Of a stretch of DNA of 64,000 nt, positions 9,668 to 18,939 are shown one piece after another (the first letter of the stretch is position 1; every line of letters begins with the position of its first letter). The stretch is taken from contig DATLYW010000015.1 of assembly GCA_035574315.1 (NCBI GenBank), positions 20,828 to 84,827 of the forward strand, in the 5' to 3' direction. This DNA comes from Candidatus Zixiibacteriota bacterium (GTDB lineage Bacteria; Desulfobacterota; Binatia; UBA9968). A model generated the notes under the pieces. The model worked only from the letters and a program-made list of their open reading frames with translations. It was not told the DNA's origin and made no database searches. A program made the translations under genes and the position numbers.

Positions 9668-10068
9668 TTTCGGCTCCCGAGCCCGTTTCGTCGCCGCGCG
9701 CCAGGCGCGATCCCCTGACGGGCTGACGGGATGTTAGAGGCTTCGCCCGGATGCGTCAAGGCTCGAACGCCGTCGCCTCTTTCGCGGCCTGAATCGCGGA
9801 ATCGCCGTCGGCGACGATTACCGCGACCCCGCGCCGGACCAGGGCCGCCGGCCAGAATACCGACACGCTTCACTTCCTGCGCGGCCGTAAGAGCGCCAGC
9901 GGAGAGACAAAGGACAACCGCATGAATCGCCGAGCGCCGGTTTGCGCTTGATCGGCTTTTTCAATCGATTACCCCCCTCCCGTCCCGGAAAGGCGGGTTT
10001 GAACAGGACGACACCCGCGGCGTCAACTCTGTTCTTCACGCGTCAGCCCGGCTGTCGGCCAAAAAGCT

Positions 10069-10380
10069 TCAGTCGCTGGCCTCCCGGTTCCGCTCGCGCC
10101 GCAGATAGTCCTTCTGCCACTGAACCTGCTCTTTTCCGATGGGATCGTGGTCGCAAGGCCCGTAGAAGTCGATGATGTCGCCTTCGCTCGGGTCTTTCAG
10201 CACCGGCCGGGCCCAGCCGAGGGTTTCTTCCCGGATGGCCGGAAACTTCAAGTGGCAATACGTTCCGGAGGGGTCCGGCACTTTGGAAATCAACCCTTCA
10301 GCCGCCCAGAGCGGCAACGCATGAAGCGCGAGCACGGTCAGAGAAATCAGCATCGGACGGTTTCCGTCGGATCGAATCAT
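10069..10380 (-). CDS. hypothetical small secreted protein
   Basis: The internal ATG at 10380 gives 103 aa with a signal-like N-terminus (MIRSDGNRPMLISLTVLALHALPLWAAEG). The longer 179-aa ORF in the track has an Arg/Pro-rich N-extension that is unlikely to be real. No family recognised. Confidence 0.4.
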   Translation of the reverse strand: MIRSDGNRPMLISLTVLALHALPLWAAEGLISKVPDPSGTYCHLKFPAIREETLGWARPVLKDPSEGDIIDFYGPCDHDPIGKEQVQWQKDYLRRERNREASD

Positions 10381-10807
10381 GCGCTTCTCCTTTCGACCGG
10401 TCGTCCGGACGGTCCAAACACGCGTTCTCGGCGCTGCGCGATCCAACAGCTGTCTTTTCGCGTCCGCTTCGACTGCGGGCCTTGGCGGGCGCGCCCGGAG
10501 CGCCCGCGCGTTGTCCCGCTCCGGCGGCGGCGCCGCGAGCCATTTCGTTCTCGGCTGTGAAGGCGGGCAATAGCGGTGCCAGCCTCGAGTTTGCGACGGC
10601 TCCTTCAATCCTCCTGAATTATCGAAGCAATTCGGTCCGGCCCCTTCTCGACGCGGATCCGGCGAAACGTCCGCCGCATCAATTTGAATACTCTCTGTAG
10701 CTAAATTGATTCAGGCACTGATTCGGCTCAGCGGCGTCGGCGAGGCGCTCCGAAAAACGGGCCCGGCCGGGATGCAGACGCTTCGGCGTCGCCGTGCGGC
10801 GGTTCCC

Positions 10808-10836
10808 TTGACAGCTATCGACCGCTGAACTATCTC
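10808..10836 (+). promoter_or_regulatory. sigma70-like promoter candidate for the thiolase/DUF35 operon, inside an AT-rich palindromic region
   Basis: TTGACA (10808-10813), 17 bp spacer, TATCTC (10831-10836), about 30 nt upstream of the 10867 start. The region 10678-10710 also holds an 8-bp inverted repeat ATCAATTT / AAATTGAT. Confidence 0.3.
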
Positions 10837-10866
10837 TGGTCAAACGAAACGTTCGGAGAACTCTCG

Positions 10867-12060
10867 ATGAGCATCAGAGGAGAAGCGGCTATCGTCGGCA
10901 TCGGCGAGACGCCGACCGACCGGCTGGGAAGCAAACCTGGAGAGCCCCGCAAGTCGACCGCCGAGTATCTGGCGTGGGCGGCGAAGCTGGCGATGGAAGA
11001 CGCCGGCCTCGCCAAGAAAGATTTCGAAGGTCAGGGCTTGGCGGCGATCTACACGACCAGCCATTCGCAGCCGTTCTGGCCGGAAGAGGTCGCATCGATC
11101 CTCGGCCTCAAGCCGGGCGTGTCGCTCGCTGGCGGCAACGGCGGCGCCAGCTCGGTCTCGCTGCTGGGACACGCCGCGGCCGCGATCGCCGCGGGCCTCT
11201 GCGACCTCGTTCTGGTCATCGCGGCGGCCTCCCCGTTCGGCGAGCGCGGCGCCCACCGCGGCGCTCCGGCCGACACCCGCGACTACGAAATGCCGTTCGG
11301 GGTGATGGGGCCGAACTGCAAGATCTCCTTCGTGATGAGCCGTTACATGCACGAGTCGGGCATGACCGCCGAGCATTTCGGCAAGATCGCCGTCACCGCT
11401 CGCTACCACGCGTCCCTCAACCCGAACGCCTACCTGAGAAAGCCGATCACGATCGAAGACTACAAGAAATCGCGGCTGATCTCGGATCCAATCAGGCTTT
11501 TCGACTGCGTGCTCCCTGCCAACGGCGGCAAGGCCTACATCATGGCCTCGGCGGAGCGCGCAAAGACCATGCGCAAGCCGCCCGTCTACCTGCTCGGCTG
11601 GGGCGAGTGCAACAACGCGAGCTACGGTCCCCGCTACCGCTCCAATCCTCTCGTCACGGGCATCAGCGAGGCGGGCCGGCGCGCCTTCGCGATGGCGGGC
11701 GTCACGCACAGGGACATCGGCTGCCTGAATCTCTACGACGATTATATTCCGATCGTGATGCTGCAGATCGAGGACCTGGGCTTTTGCGAGAAGAACGACA
11801 AGGCGTTCTTCGAGCGCACGGATTTCACTTTCAAGGGCGACCTGCCGATTCAGACCGGCGGCGGGATGATCAATTGCGGTCAGCCGTCGACGACCGGGGG
11901 AATGCTCCACGTGATCGAAACGGTCCGGCAGCTGCGCGGCGAGGCCGGGCAGCGGCAGGTGCCGAACGTCAGGTTCGGCGTCGCCACGGGACTCGGCGCC
12001 GTCAACTATGGGAAGAATTTCGGCTGCACCGCGGCGGCCGTTCTGGGAAACGAGCGGTAG
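10867..12060 (+). CDS. thiolase-family protein, SCP-x-type
   Basis: 397 aa. Thiolase-like fold blocks (AIVGIGETP..., C-terminal GGGMINCGQPSTTGGMLHVIETVRQLRG). This is the typical partner of a DUF35 OB-fold protein. Confidence 0.85.
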   Translation: MSIRGEAAIVGIGETPTDRLGSKPGEPRKSTAEYLAWAAKLAMEDAGLAKKDFEGQGLAAIYTTSHSQPFWPEEVASILGLKPGVSLAGGNGGASSVSLLGHAAAAIAAGLCDLVLVIAAASPFGERGAHRGAPADTRDYEMPFGVMGPNCKISFVMSRYMHESGMTAEHFGKIAVTARYHASLNPNAYLRKPITIEDYKKSRLISDPIRLFDCVLPANGGKAYIMASAERAKTMRKPPVYLLGWGECNNASYGPRYRSNPLVTGISEAGRRAFAMAGVTHRDIGCLNLYDDYIPIVMLQIEDLGFCEKNDKAFFERTDFTFKGDLPIQTGGGMINCGQPSTTGGMLHVIETVRQLRGEAGQRQVPNVRFGVATGLGAVNYGKNFGCTAAAVLGNER

Positions 12061-12175
12061 AAGTGTCGACCGGCGCCATGCCAGCCGAGGAGATCCCGTA
12101 GCGACACGCGGCCGCAAGCGTCGCCTTTCTGCTCCCGAGGAGATTTCCCTGACCGCGAGATTCCAGGAGTTTCAC

Positions 12176-12616
12176 ATGGCCGATGAAAACAGAGCGATAA
12201 AGAAACCCCTTCCCGAGATGACCCCTGTCAACCGGCCGTTCTGGGAGGGCGCCAGAGCCGGCCGGCTCGTGATGCAGAAATGCAGGGACTGCGGCTCCTG
12301 GGTCTTTTGTCCCCGCCCGCTCTGCGTCGAATGCCATAGCGAACGGCTCGAGTGGGTTCCACTGAGCGGCCGGGGAAAAGTTTTTTCGTTCACCGTCATC
12401 CGCGAAGTGGTCGGCCGCGCCCTCAGAGGATTCGCTCCCGACATCCCCTACGTCACCGCCTGGATCGACCTGGAAGAGGGGCCGAGGTTTTGCAGCAACA
12501 TCGTCGGCTGTCCGATCGACAAGGTGACGATCGGCATGGGCGTCGAGGTGGTCTTCGAGGATACCGGCGAAGGGGTGGTGCTGCCGAAATTCAGGCCGGG
12601 GCAAGCGGCTGCCTGA
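12176..12616 (+). CDS. Zn-ribbon/OB-fold protein (DUF35 family), partner of the SCP-x-type thiolase
   Basis: The ATG at 12176 gives 146 aa with PVNRPFWEGARAGRLVMQKCRDCGSWVFCPRPLCVECHS (a rubredoxin-like Zn ribbon) followed by an OB-fold region. Confidence 0.8.
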   Translation: MADENRAIKKPLPEMTPVNRPFWEGARAGRLVMQKCRDCGSWVFCPRPLCVECHSERLEWVPLSGRGKVFSFTVIREVVGRALRGFAPDIPYVTAWIDLEEGPRFCSNIVGCPIDKVTIGMGVEVVFEDTGEGVVLPKFRPGQAAA

Positions 12617-12645
12617 CCCGGCTCCGCCCTGGACGGCAAACGATC

Positions 12646-13203
12646 TTGAAAAAGCTCCTGGCACTCCTGGTGATCAGCAGCCTCGCAACCGGGGCGCTCC
12701 TTCTCATGGCGAGCTTTTCCGGTCCGATGATCGGCCGGGGAACGCCGGCGGTGACTCTGACCGCGGGGCAAACCGTCAAGGAGGGCTCGCTCGTCTCGAT
12801 CGAATACGTCCTCCGGGACGAGACCGGCCAGGTCATCGAGTCGAATGTCGGCAAGGAGCCGCTGACCTACGTCCACGGGGCGGGACAGATCGTTCCCGGC
12901 CTCGAAAAGGGGCTCGCGGGCCTCGGCCGGGGAGCGAGAAAGACCGTGACGGTCAAGCCCGAGGACGGCTACGGACCTTTGAATCCGGACCTCGTTCAGG
13001 AGATGCCCAAGGAAAAGTTCCCGGCCGGGAGCCTCGATCCGGGTACGGTCCTCATGATGCAAACGCCGCAGGGACCGATTCCGATCCGCGTCCGGGAGGT
13101 CAAAGAAAAGACGGTGGTGGTCGACCTCAACAATCCTCTGGCCGGAAAGACGCTGACGTTCGACGTAACGATCAAGGACATCCAGGAAGCGTCGGCGCCT
13201 TAG
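12646..13203 (+). CDS. FKBP-type peptidyl-prolyl cis-trans isomerase, secreted
   Basis: TTG start at 12646. Signal peptide (LKKLLALLVISSLATGALLLMASFSG), then the FKBP domain (VSIEYVLRDETGQVIESN...LTYVHGAGQIVPGLEKGLAGL...TVKPEDGYG). It is a paralog of the 15857 gene. Confidence 0.75.
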   Translation: MKKLLALLVISSLATGALLLMASFSGPMIGRGTPAVTLTAGQTVKEGSLVSIEYVLRDETGQVIESNVGKEPLTYVHGAGQIVPGLEKGLAGLGRGARKTVTVKPEDGYGPLNPDLVQEMPKEKFPAGSLDPGTVLMMQTPQGPIPIRVREVKEKTVVVDLNNPLAGKTLTFDVTIKDIQEASAP

Positions 13204-13346
13204 CCGGGCGGCCGCCGGCGGGCGGTCACGCCACCGCGACTCGCGGAGCCCTCAGCCGCTCGACGACGGAAATCCTTGCACTCGGCGACCGGCGAAGGTC
13301 CGGCGCTCGCTCTTTTGTCGCAACCCCCCGGGGACAGGCCGTTTCC

Positions 13347-14627
13347 ATGCGTCCGAAGCTCTTCTACGGTTACGTCATCCTCGCGCTCTGCTTCATCAAC
13401 ATGGTCGTCATGCGCGGTGTCAACGGCGCGTTCGGCGTCTACTACATCGCGTTGCTGGAGAGCTTTTCGTGGTCGCACAGCGACGGCGCGACCGTCGCCT
13501 CGGTCAATTTCCTGGTCTATGCGCTCGCGGCGCCTCTGGTGGGCCTGGGATTCGACCGCTTCGGCCCCCGCGTGCTGATGCCGCTCGGCGGAGCCCTGGT
13601 CGCCGCCGGCATGCTGGCGTCGAGCTTTGCGGGCTCGCTGTGGCACCTGTACGTCTCGTACGGCGTGATGACGGCGCTCGGCCAGGGCGCGCTCGGCTTC
13701 GTCGGGCACAATGCGTTGATCTCCCGCTGGTTCGTCCGCCGCCGCGCTACGGCCATCGGGATCGCGGCGATGGGCCAGGGGCTGGGCGCACTGGCGATGG
13801 TCCCGATGACGCAGTTCCTGATCGGTCGGATCGGCTGGCGCTCGACGTTCGCGCTGAGCGCAGGGCTGATCCTCCTTGCCATCGTCGTCCCCAACGCGTT
13901 GCTGCAGCGACGAAGCCCGCAGGAGGTCGGACAGAGCCCTGACGGCGACAGCCCTTCTTCGGAAGCAGCCGGTCGCGCCGCGCATCGCGCCGGCCGGGGT
14001 CGTGACTGGACCCTCGGCGAGGCATTCCGCTCCTATCCGTTCTGGTGCATCACCGTGGGCCATCTGGCTCTCGGAACCGCGCTGTTCATGATCAACACGC
14101 ACATCGTCGCCCACTTCGTCTCGGCCGGATTCGACAAGCTGTTCGCCGCGTTTCTCGCCGGGTTGATCGGCTTTGTCCGCATCGGGGGCACGGTGACGTG
14201 GGGCACGGTGTCCGACCTGCTGGGACGGGACAGAGCATACGGCATTGCCACGCTGGTGGTCATCGCGGGCATCCTCTGTCTGATCGCGGTTTCCGCGGAC
14301 TCTCCGCTCTGGTTCGTCTATCTTGCCGCCGTGATCTACAGCATCGGCCACAGCGCCGGCAATCCCACCTACGGCGCCGTCATCGGCGATATCTTCTCCG
14401 GACCCAAGGTCGGCCTGATCTTCGGCTTTCTCGAGATCAGCTTCGGGCTGGGAAGCTCGGCGGGGGCCTGGCTCGGGGGCTATCTCTTCGACCTGACCGG
14501 CTCGTACGCGTGGCCGCTTTCCCTGTGCGTTCTCTGCTTTTCGATTTCGGGCCTTTCGATCCACGCCTGTCTTCGGTGGCAGGCGCGCAACGCTGCCCGC
14601 CCTCTCGAAGCTGCGGCCGCGCTGTGA
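13347..14627 (+). CDS. MFS transporter
   Basis: 426 aa with a 12-transmembrane hydrophobicity pattern and an MFS motif-A-like GFDRFGPR. Confidence 0.85.
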   Translation: MRPKLFYGYVILALCFINMVVMRGVNGAFGVYYIALLESFSWSHSDGATVASVNFLVYALAAPLVGLGFDRFGPRVLMPLGGALVAAGMLASSFAGSLWHLYVSYGVMTALGQGALGFVGHNALISRWFVRRRATAIGIAAMGQGLGALAMVPMTQFLIGRIGWRSTFALSAGLILLAIVVPNALLQRRSPQEVGQSPDGDSPSSEAAGRAAHRAGRGRDWTLGEAFRSYPFWCITVGHLALGTALFMINTHIVAHFVSAGFDKLFAAFLAGLIGFVRIGGTVTWGTVSDLLGRDRAYGIATLVVIAGILCLIAVSADSPLWFVYLAAVIYSIGHSAGNPTYGAVIGDIFSGPKVGLIFGFLEISFGLGSSAGAWLGGYLFDLTGSYAWPLSLCVLCFSISGLSIHACLRWQARNAARPLEAAAAL

Positions 14628-14725
14628 GGTGCGCCGTTGGCTCGCTCGAGCCCGCGTGCTATGAAACGGGCTGCCGAAGCGGCGGCGCCGCTTCTGCGGA
14701 TCGCAGCTCGAGGAGGTCGAAAACG

Positions 14726-15724
14726 ATGAACTTTTGCTTGCACGGCTCGGCCCGCACCGTCGGCGAATCGATACGTCGCGCCCAGCTCGCCGAACGGCTC
14801 GGCTACGAAGCCATCTTTTTCGCCGACAGCCACATGAACAACGTCGACTGTTATCAGGTCATGGCGATGTGCGCGATGCACACGAAAACCATTCGGCTCG
14901 GAACCGCGGTGACCAACATGGTCTACCGCGACCCCACGATCATCGCGAACGCCTTTGCGACGTTGAACGAGATTTCCGGGGGCCGCGCGATCATCGGCAT
15001 CGGAACCGGGGACGGGCCGGTATACAGCCTGGGCCGGACCGCGACCCGTCTGGCCGATTTCGAGAAGGGCCTCGCGGCGATACGCGATCTGCTCCATGAC
15101 CGAGGCATCGAAGTGCCCAGGACCAGGGAGCGGCCCGGCGGGGGGCGCGTCTGGCTGCGAGCGGGCAAACGCCCCGTCCCGCTTTACATCTCCGCGGAAG
15201 GGCCCCGGACGCTCGAGGTCGCGGGACGCACCTGCGACGGCGTGATCCTAGGCGCGGGAGTCGATCCGTCGCTTCTGCCGTGGGCCCGTGCCCGAATCGC
15301 GGAGGGCGCCCGCAGGGCCGGGCGGGATCCCGAGGCGATCGATCTGATGCCCGCCGGCATGATCTGCGTCGACGACGACGGCGAGCGAGCGTGCCGACGC
15401 GTGCGCGCCCGGATGGCCAACCGGGCGCACCACAACTTCCGCTTCACCTACGAGACCGTTCCGGAAGGCGCGCTCGACGGGGTCAAACGCTTCATGGAAA
15501 GTTTCGACATCTCGAAGCCGATCGAGGAGCGCGTCGATCCCGAGCTGGTGACCGATTATCTGCTGCGGCGTTTCGCGATCGCCGGCACGCCCGCGGAATG
15601 CGCCGCGCAAATCCGGCGCCTCGAGGAAGCCGGGGTCCGGCGCGTGCTGCTCACGCCTCCCAACGCCCTCTACGACGAGACGATGGAGGCCTGGAGTCGC
15701 CGCGTGATGCCGCTTTGCCGCTAG
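14726..15724 (+). CDS. LLM-class (luciferase-like / F420-dependent-type) oxidoreductase
   Basis: The ATG at 14726 gives 332 aa (MNFCLHGSA...LGYEAIFFADSHMNN...AIIGIGTGDG). The track ORF 14045..15724 extends N-terminally into the MFS gene and was trimmed. Confidence 0.8.
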   Translation: MNFCLHGSARTVGESIRRAQLAERLGYEAIFFADSHMNNVDCYQVMAMCAMHTKTIRLGTAVTNMVYRDPTIIANAFATLNEISGGRAIIGIGTGDGPVYSLGRTATRLADFEKGLAAIRDLLHDRGIEVPRTRERPGGGRVWLRAGKRPVPLYISAEGPRTLEVAGRTCDGVILGAGVDPSLLPWARARIAEGARRAGRDPEAIDLMPAGMICVDDDGERACRRVRARMANRAHHNFRFTYETVPEGALDGVKRFMESFDISKPIEERVDPELVTDYLLRRFAIAGTPAECAAQIRRLEEAGVRRVLLTPPNALYDETMEAWSRRVMPLCR

Positions 15725-15856
15725 TCTCCCCCTTTCCCGGCCACGTCCTGCGGAAAGGCCCGCGACCGAGACCGCGGCGCCGCGGTTGTTTTCGTCCGCC
15801 CTTGCCGGTATGCTGGATGTCGTGCCCGCCCGCGGATATCCAGAAAAGGAGCTCCC

Positions 15857-16399
15857 ATGTCTGTAAAATTTTTCGGCCCGCTCGTCGGCCTGGGCTTTTT
15901 CTTCGCCCTCGCCGCCGCGCCGGCTGCAGCGGCCCAGGCGGCCAGGAACGAAAGAGTGGTGAAGGACGGCTCGGTCGTGAGCCTGGAATACACGCTCACC
16001 GGAACGGACGGCAAGCTGATCGAGACCAACAAGGGCAAGGAGCCGTTTCGGTACACCCAGGGGCGTCAGGAGATGATTCCAGGCCTCGAAAGGGAGCTGG
16101 CGGGGATGAAGGTCGGGGCCGAAAAGAAGATTACCGTCAAACCCGAGGATGCCTACGGCCCGGTTCACAAGGAAGCGTTCCGCGAAGTCCCCAAGGAGAG
16201 AATTCCGCCCGAAGCGTTGAAGGTGGGCGCGGAGCTCACCGCCCGGGGCCCGCAGGGCCAGGCGATGCCCGTCCGAGTCCATGAGATCCGCGAAAAGACC
16301 GTCGTCATCGATATGAACCATCCGATGGCCGGAAAAACCCTGGTCTTCAATGTAAAGATCCTCGACATCCAGGACGGTCCGCCGCCTAATAAGAAATAG
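15857..16399 (+). CDS. FKBP-type peptidyl-prolyl cis-trans isomerase, secreted
   Basis: 180 aa. Strong ribosome-binding site (AAAAGGAG). Signal peptide, then an FKBP domain colinear with the 12646 paralog (VSLEYTLTGTDGKLIETN...FRYTQGRQEMIPGLERELAGM). Confidence 0.8.
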   Translation: MSVKFFGPLVGLGFFFALAAAPAAAAQAARNERVVKDGSVVSLEYTLTGTDGKLIETNKGKEPFRYTQGRQEMIPGLERELAGMKVGAEKKITVKPEDAYGPVHKEAFREVPKERIPPEALKVGAELTARGPQGQAMPVRVHEIREKTVVIDMNHPMAGKTLVFNVKILDIQDGPPPNKK

Positions 16400-16413
16400 T
16401 CTCTCGCGCAGGG

Positions 16414-17166
16414 ATGCGCCTCGAGGAGTTCGCCGCGAAGCTGGAGGCGGCCCGCGCCGTGGTCTTCTTCACCGGCGCGGGAATCAGCACGGAGTCGGGT
16501 GTTCCCGATTTCCGCAGCCCCGGAGGAGTCTGGACCCGCTACCAGCCGGTCTATTTCGACGAGTTCCTCACGAGCGAGGCAGCGCGCATCCGCCACTGGA
16601 AGCTGAAAAAGGAAAGTTACGAGCTGTACAGGACCGTGGCGCCGAACGTGGCGCACCGCGCCGTGCGCGAGTTCGAGCGGCGCGGGCAGCTCCTCGGCCT
16701 GATCACGCAAAACGTCGACGGCCTGCACAGTCTTAGCGGGATTTCGGAATCCAGGCTCGTGGAGCTCCACGGCACGGACCGGCGGATCGAGTGCCTGAGC
16801 TGCCGCAAGAGCTTCGACCCCGACGCGATCTACCCGGGCATCGTCGGAGAGTTCAAGCCGCCGGTGTGCGACCGGTGCGGGGGATTCCTCAAGTCGGCCA
16901 CCGTCTCCTTCGGACAACCGATGCCGACCGAGGCCATGCGCCGGGCCCGGGCGTGGAGCGAGGCGGCGGATGTTTTCGTCGTGGTCGGCTCCTCCCTCCA
17001 GGTCCAGCCGGCCGCGTCCTTCCCGGTCATCGCCAAGCGAAACGGCGCCCTGCTCGCCATCGTCAACCGCGACGAGACGCCTCTCGACGGTCTCGCCGAT
17101 TTCATCCACCGCGGCGCGATCGGCGAGTTCTTCGAAAATCTCATGCCGCGGCTGTCCCGCCGCTGA
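16414..17166 (+). CDS. cobB: NAD-dependent protein deacylase, Sir2/CobB family
   Basis: 250 aa with GAGISTESGVPDFRS, TQNVDGLH, the Zn ribbon CLSCRK...CDRCGG, and VVVGSSLQV, which is the canonical sirtuin layout. Confidence 0.85.
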   Translation: MRLEEFAAKLEAARAVVFFTGAGISTESGVPDFRSPGGVWTRYQPVYFDEFLTSEAARIRHWKLKKESYELYRTVAPNVAHRAVREFERRGQLLGLITQNVDGLHSLSGISESRLVELHGTDRRIECLSCRKSFDPDAIYPGIVGEFKPPVCDRCGGFLKSATVSFGQPMPTEAMRRARAWSEAADVFVVVGSSLQVQPAASFPVIAKRNGALLAIVNRDETPLDGLADFIHRGAIGEFFENLMPRLSRR

Positions 17167-17255
17167 GAGAAAATCCGTCGTCCCTGGCTCGGCCGATTTG
17201 ACCCCGGCCATCGAGATGTCGCATACTGAGCGCCGCTGAGGTCGCGGGGGCTCCT

Positions 17256-17711
17256 TTGGGATACATCGAAGCCAGCCTGTTGCCCGACGAGCAACTGGTA
17301 TATCGAGCCAAGTTGCACTGGAAGATTTTCGTGAAGCCGGTTTGCGTGGTGCTGCTCGGGCTGGCCGCTTTCGCTCTGCAGCCCGTTCTCGGCGCCGTCG
17401 TGCTCGCTGTCGGGCTCGCCATGGGAGTAAAGGCGCTGATCGAGTACGCGAGCTCGGAGTTCGGCGTCACGACCAAGCGGGTGATCATCAAGGTGGGCTT
17501 TCTTCGCCGGCAGACGATCGAGCTGCTCCTGCGCCAGGTGGAGGCGATCGCCGTCGACCAGACCGTGCTGGGGCGGATCCTCGATTTCGGCTCGGTCACG
17601 CTGACCGGGACCGGGGACATCAAGCAGGTCTTTCACAACATCTCCTCGCCGCTCGAGTTTCGCCGCCGCATTCACGCCCAGGAAGCGTCCGGGGCTTCAG
17701 GAAGGATCTAG
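17256..17711 (+). CDS. bacterial PH-domain (bPH_2/YdbT-like) membrane protein
   Basis: TTG start, 151 aa. One transmembrane segment, then a bPH_2-like region (EFGVTTKRVIIKVGFLRRQTIEL). Confidence 0.65.
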   Translation: MGYIEASLLPDEQLVYRAKLHWKIFVKPVCVVLLGLAAFALQPVLGAVVLAVGLAMGVKALIEYASSEFGVTTKRVIIKVGFLRRQTIELLLRQVEAIAVDQTVLGRILDFGSVTLTGTGDIKQVFHNISSPLEFRRRIHAQEASGASGRI

Positions 17712-17777
17712 CCGAGCGGCTCCTCGCGGCCCGTCCTTTCGCTGGAGCGGCCACGCGCTCTGTAGTAGGTTGCCGCT

Positions 17778-17984
17778 ATGAAGGCGATGATTCTGCTTCT
17801 CGGTTTTCTGCTCGCCGGCTGCGGCGGCGTCCGGACCGTCATGATGAACAAGCGCGGGGAGAAGATCACCTGCGAGTCGCGCGGCTGGGGGTTGCTTTCC
17901 ACCATCGTCGCCGACCGCGGTTACGAAGCCTGCATCTCGGCGGCCCGCCAGGAGGGTTATCAGATTCTCGAGGAGCAGAGGTGA
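17778..17984 (+). CDS. small putative lipoprotein
   Basis: 68 aa with a lipobox (LLGFLLAGCGG). Convergent with the ADH gene. No family recognised. Confidence 0.4.
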   Translation: MKAMILLLGFLLAGCGGVRTVMMNKRGEKITCESRGWGLLSTIVADRGYEACISAARQEGYQILEEQR

Positions 17985-17991
17985 GGCGGGC

Positions 17992-18939
17992 CTAGGGGCG
18001 CAACAGAATCTTTCTCGCCCCGGGCCGCGCGGCGTGAGCGACCGCCTCCAGGCCGGCATCCAGCGGATAGATCCGCTCGATGAGCGGTTCCACGGCGACT
18101 TTCCGTTCCGCCAGGGCTTCGAGCGCCGGCGCAAAGGGACCGCAGCGGGACCCGATGACCGTCACCTCGTTGACGACCAGCGGAGCGAGGGAGACGGAAT
18201 GCGCCTCGGCGACGGTGCTCTTCAGTACGAGCGTCCCGCGGGGTCGGACCGCCTCGATCGCCCGCCGGAGCCCGTCCGCGCTGCCCGTGGCTTCCACGAC
18301 GACATCATGGGCCGAGGGCTTCCAGCCGTCCAGGAACTCGGTGCGGATCGAGCGCTGCCTGATCCGCTCGAGCTTGCCCGCGTGCTTTCCCACGACGGTC
18401 ACCGCCGCGCCGGTGAGCTTGAGAACCTGCGCGCACAAGAAGCCGAGCTTCCCGTCGCCCAGAATCAGAACCCGATCCGCCGGGTTGACCTGAACCTGTT
18501 CCAGGATCTCGAAGGCGGCCGCGAGCGGCTCGGTGCAGACCGCCGCTTCGTCCGGCACGCCGTCCGGCACGAGGTGGAGGTTCTCGGGCGGCACGGCCAC
18601 GTATTCGGCGAAAGCCCCGTCGGCGCCCGCGATGCCCATCACCTTTCGGCTCGCGCAGTGGTTGCCGAGCCCGCGGCGGCACTCGGTGCAACTCCCGCAG
18701 GCGAAGTTGATCTCCGCAACGACCCGCCGGTCCATGAGCGGGGCAGGGCCTTCCGCGACCACCCCGACGACCTCGTGGCCCGGAATGCCGCGGAAGCCCA
18801 TATAGCCCTTGAAGATCTGAAGGTCCGTGTCGCAGATCCCGGCGAGCCGGACCCGCACCAGAGCGGCCCCGGGTTCCTTTCGAGGCATTGCAGAAGAAAC
18901 GAGCGAAAGCGCGCGACCGTCCCAGTGAAGGGCCTTCAT
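17992..18939 (-). CDS. zinc-dependent alcohol dehydrogenase (MDR family)
   Basis: Start taken at MKALHWDG, giving 315 aa. It has GICDTDL, GHEVVGVV, the structural Zn site CGSCTECRRGLGNHC, and a Rossmann LILGDGKLG. The track ORF has a 41-aa N-extension that was trimmed. Confidence 0.8.
   Translation of the reverse strand: MKALHWDGRALSLVSSAMPRKEPGAALVRVRLAGICDTDLQIFKGYMGFRGIPGHEVVGVVAEGPAPLMDRRVVAEINFACGSCTECRRGLGNHCASRKVMGIAGADGAFAEYVAVPPENLHLVPDGVPDEAAVCTEPLAAAFEILEQVQVNPADRVLILGDGKLGFLCAQVLKLTGAAVTVVGKHAGKLERIRQRSIRTEFLDGWKPSAHDVVVEATGSADGLRRAIEAVRPRGTLVLKSTVAEAHSVSLAPLVVNEVTVIGSRCGPFAPALEALAERKVAVEPLIERIYPLDAGLEAVAHAARPGARKILLRP

Noticed and set aside
9664-9873. 69-aa ORF starting MKRVGILAGGPGPA in the gap upstream of the binding-protein gene
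   Set aside because: The N-terminal 12 residues look Rossmann-like, but the remainder is an Arg-rich run. It is probably chance, or at most a tiny gene remnant. There is no support for a functional gene.
16414-17984. Sir2, then PH-domain membrane protein, then small lipoprotein, considered as a possible Thoeris/DSR-like anti-phage module
   Set aside because: The Sir2 protein has the complete canonical sirtuin layout (the nicotinamide-ribose pocket motifs plus the Cys4 Zn ribbon) at housekeeping CobB length. It has no TIR, SLOG or other defence-type partner. The neighbours have independent ribosome-binding sites, and one is convergent with an alcohol dehydrogenase gene.
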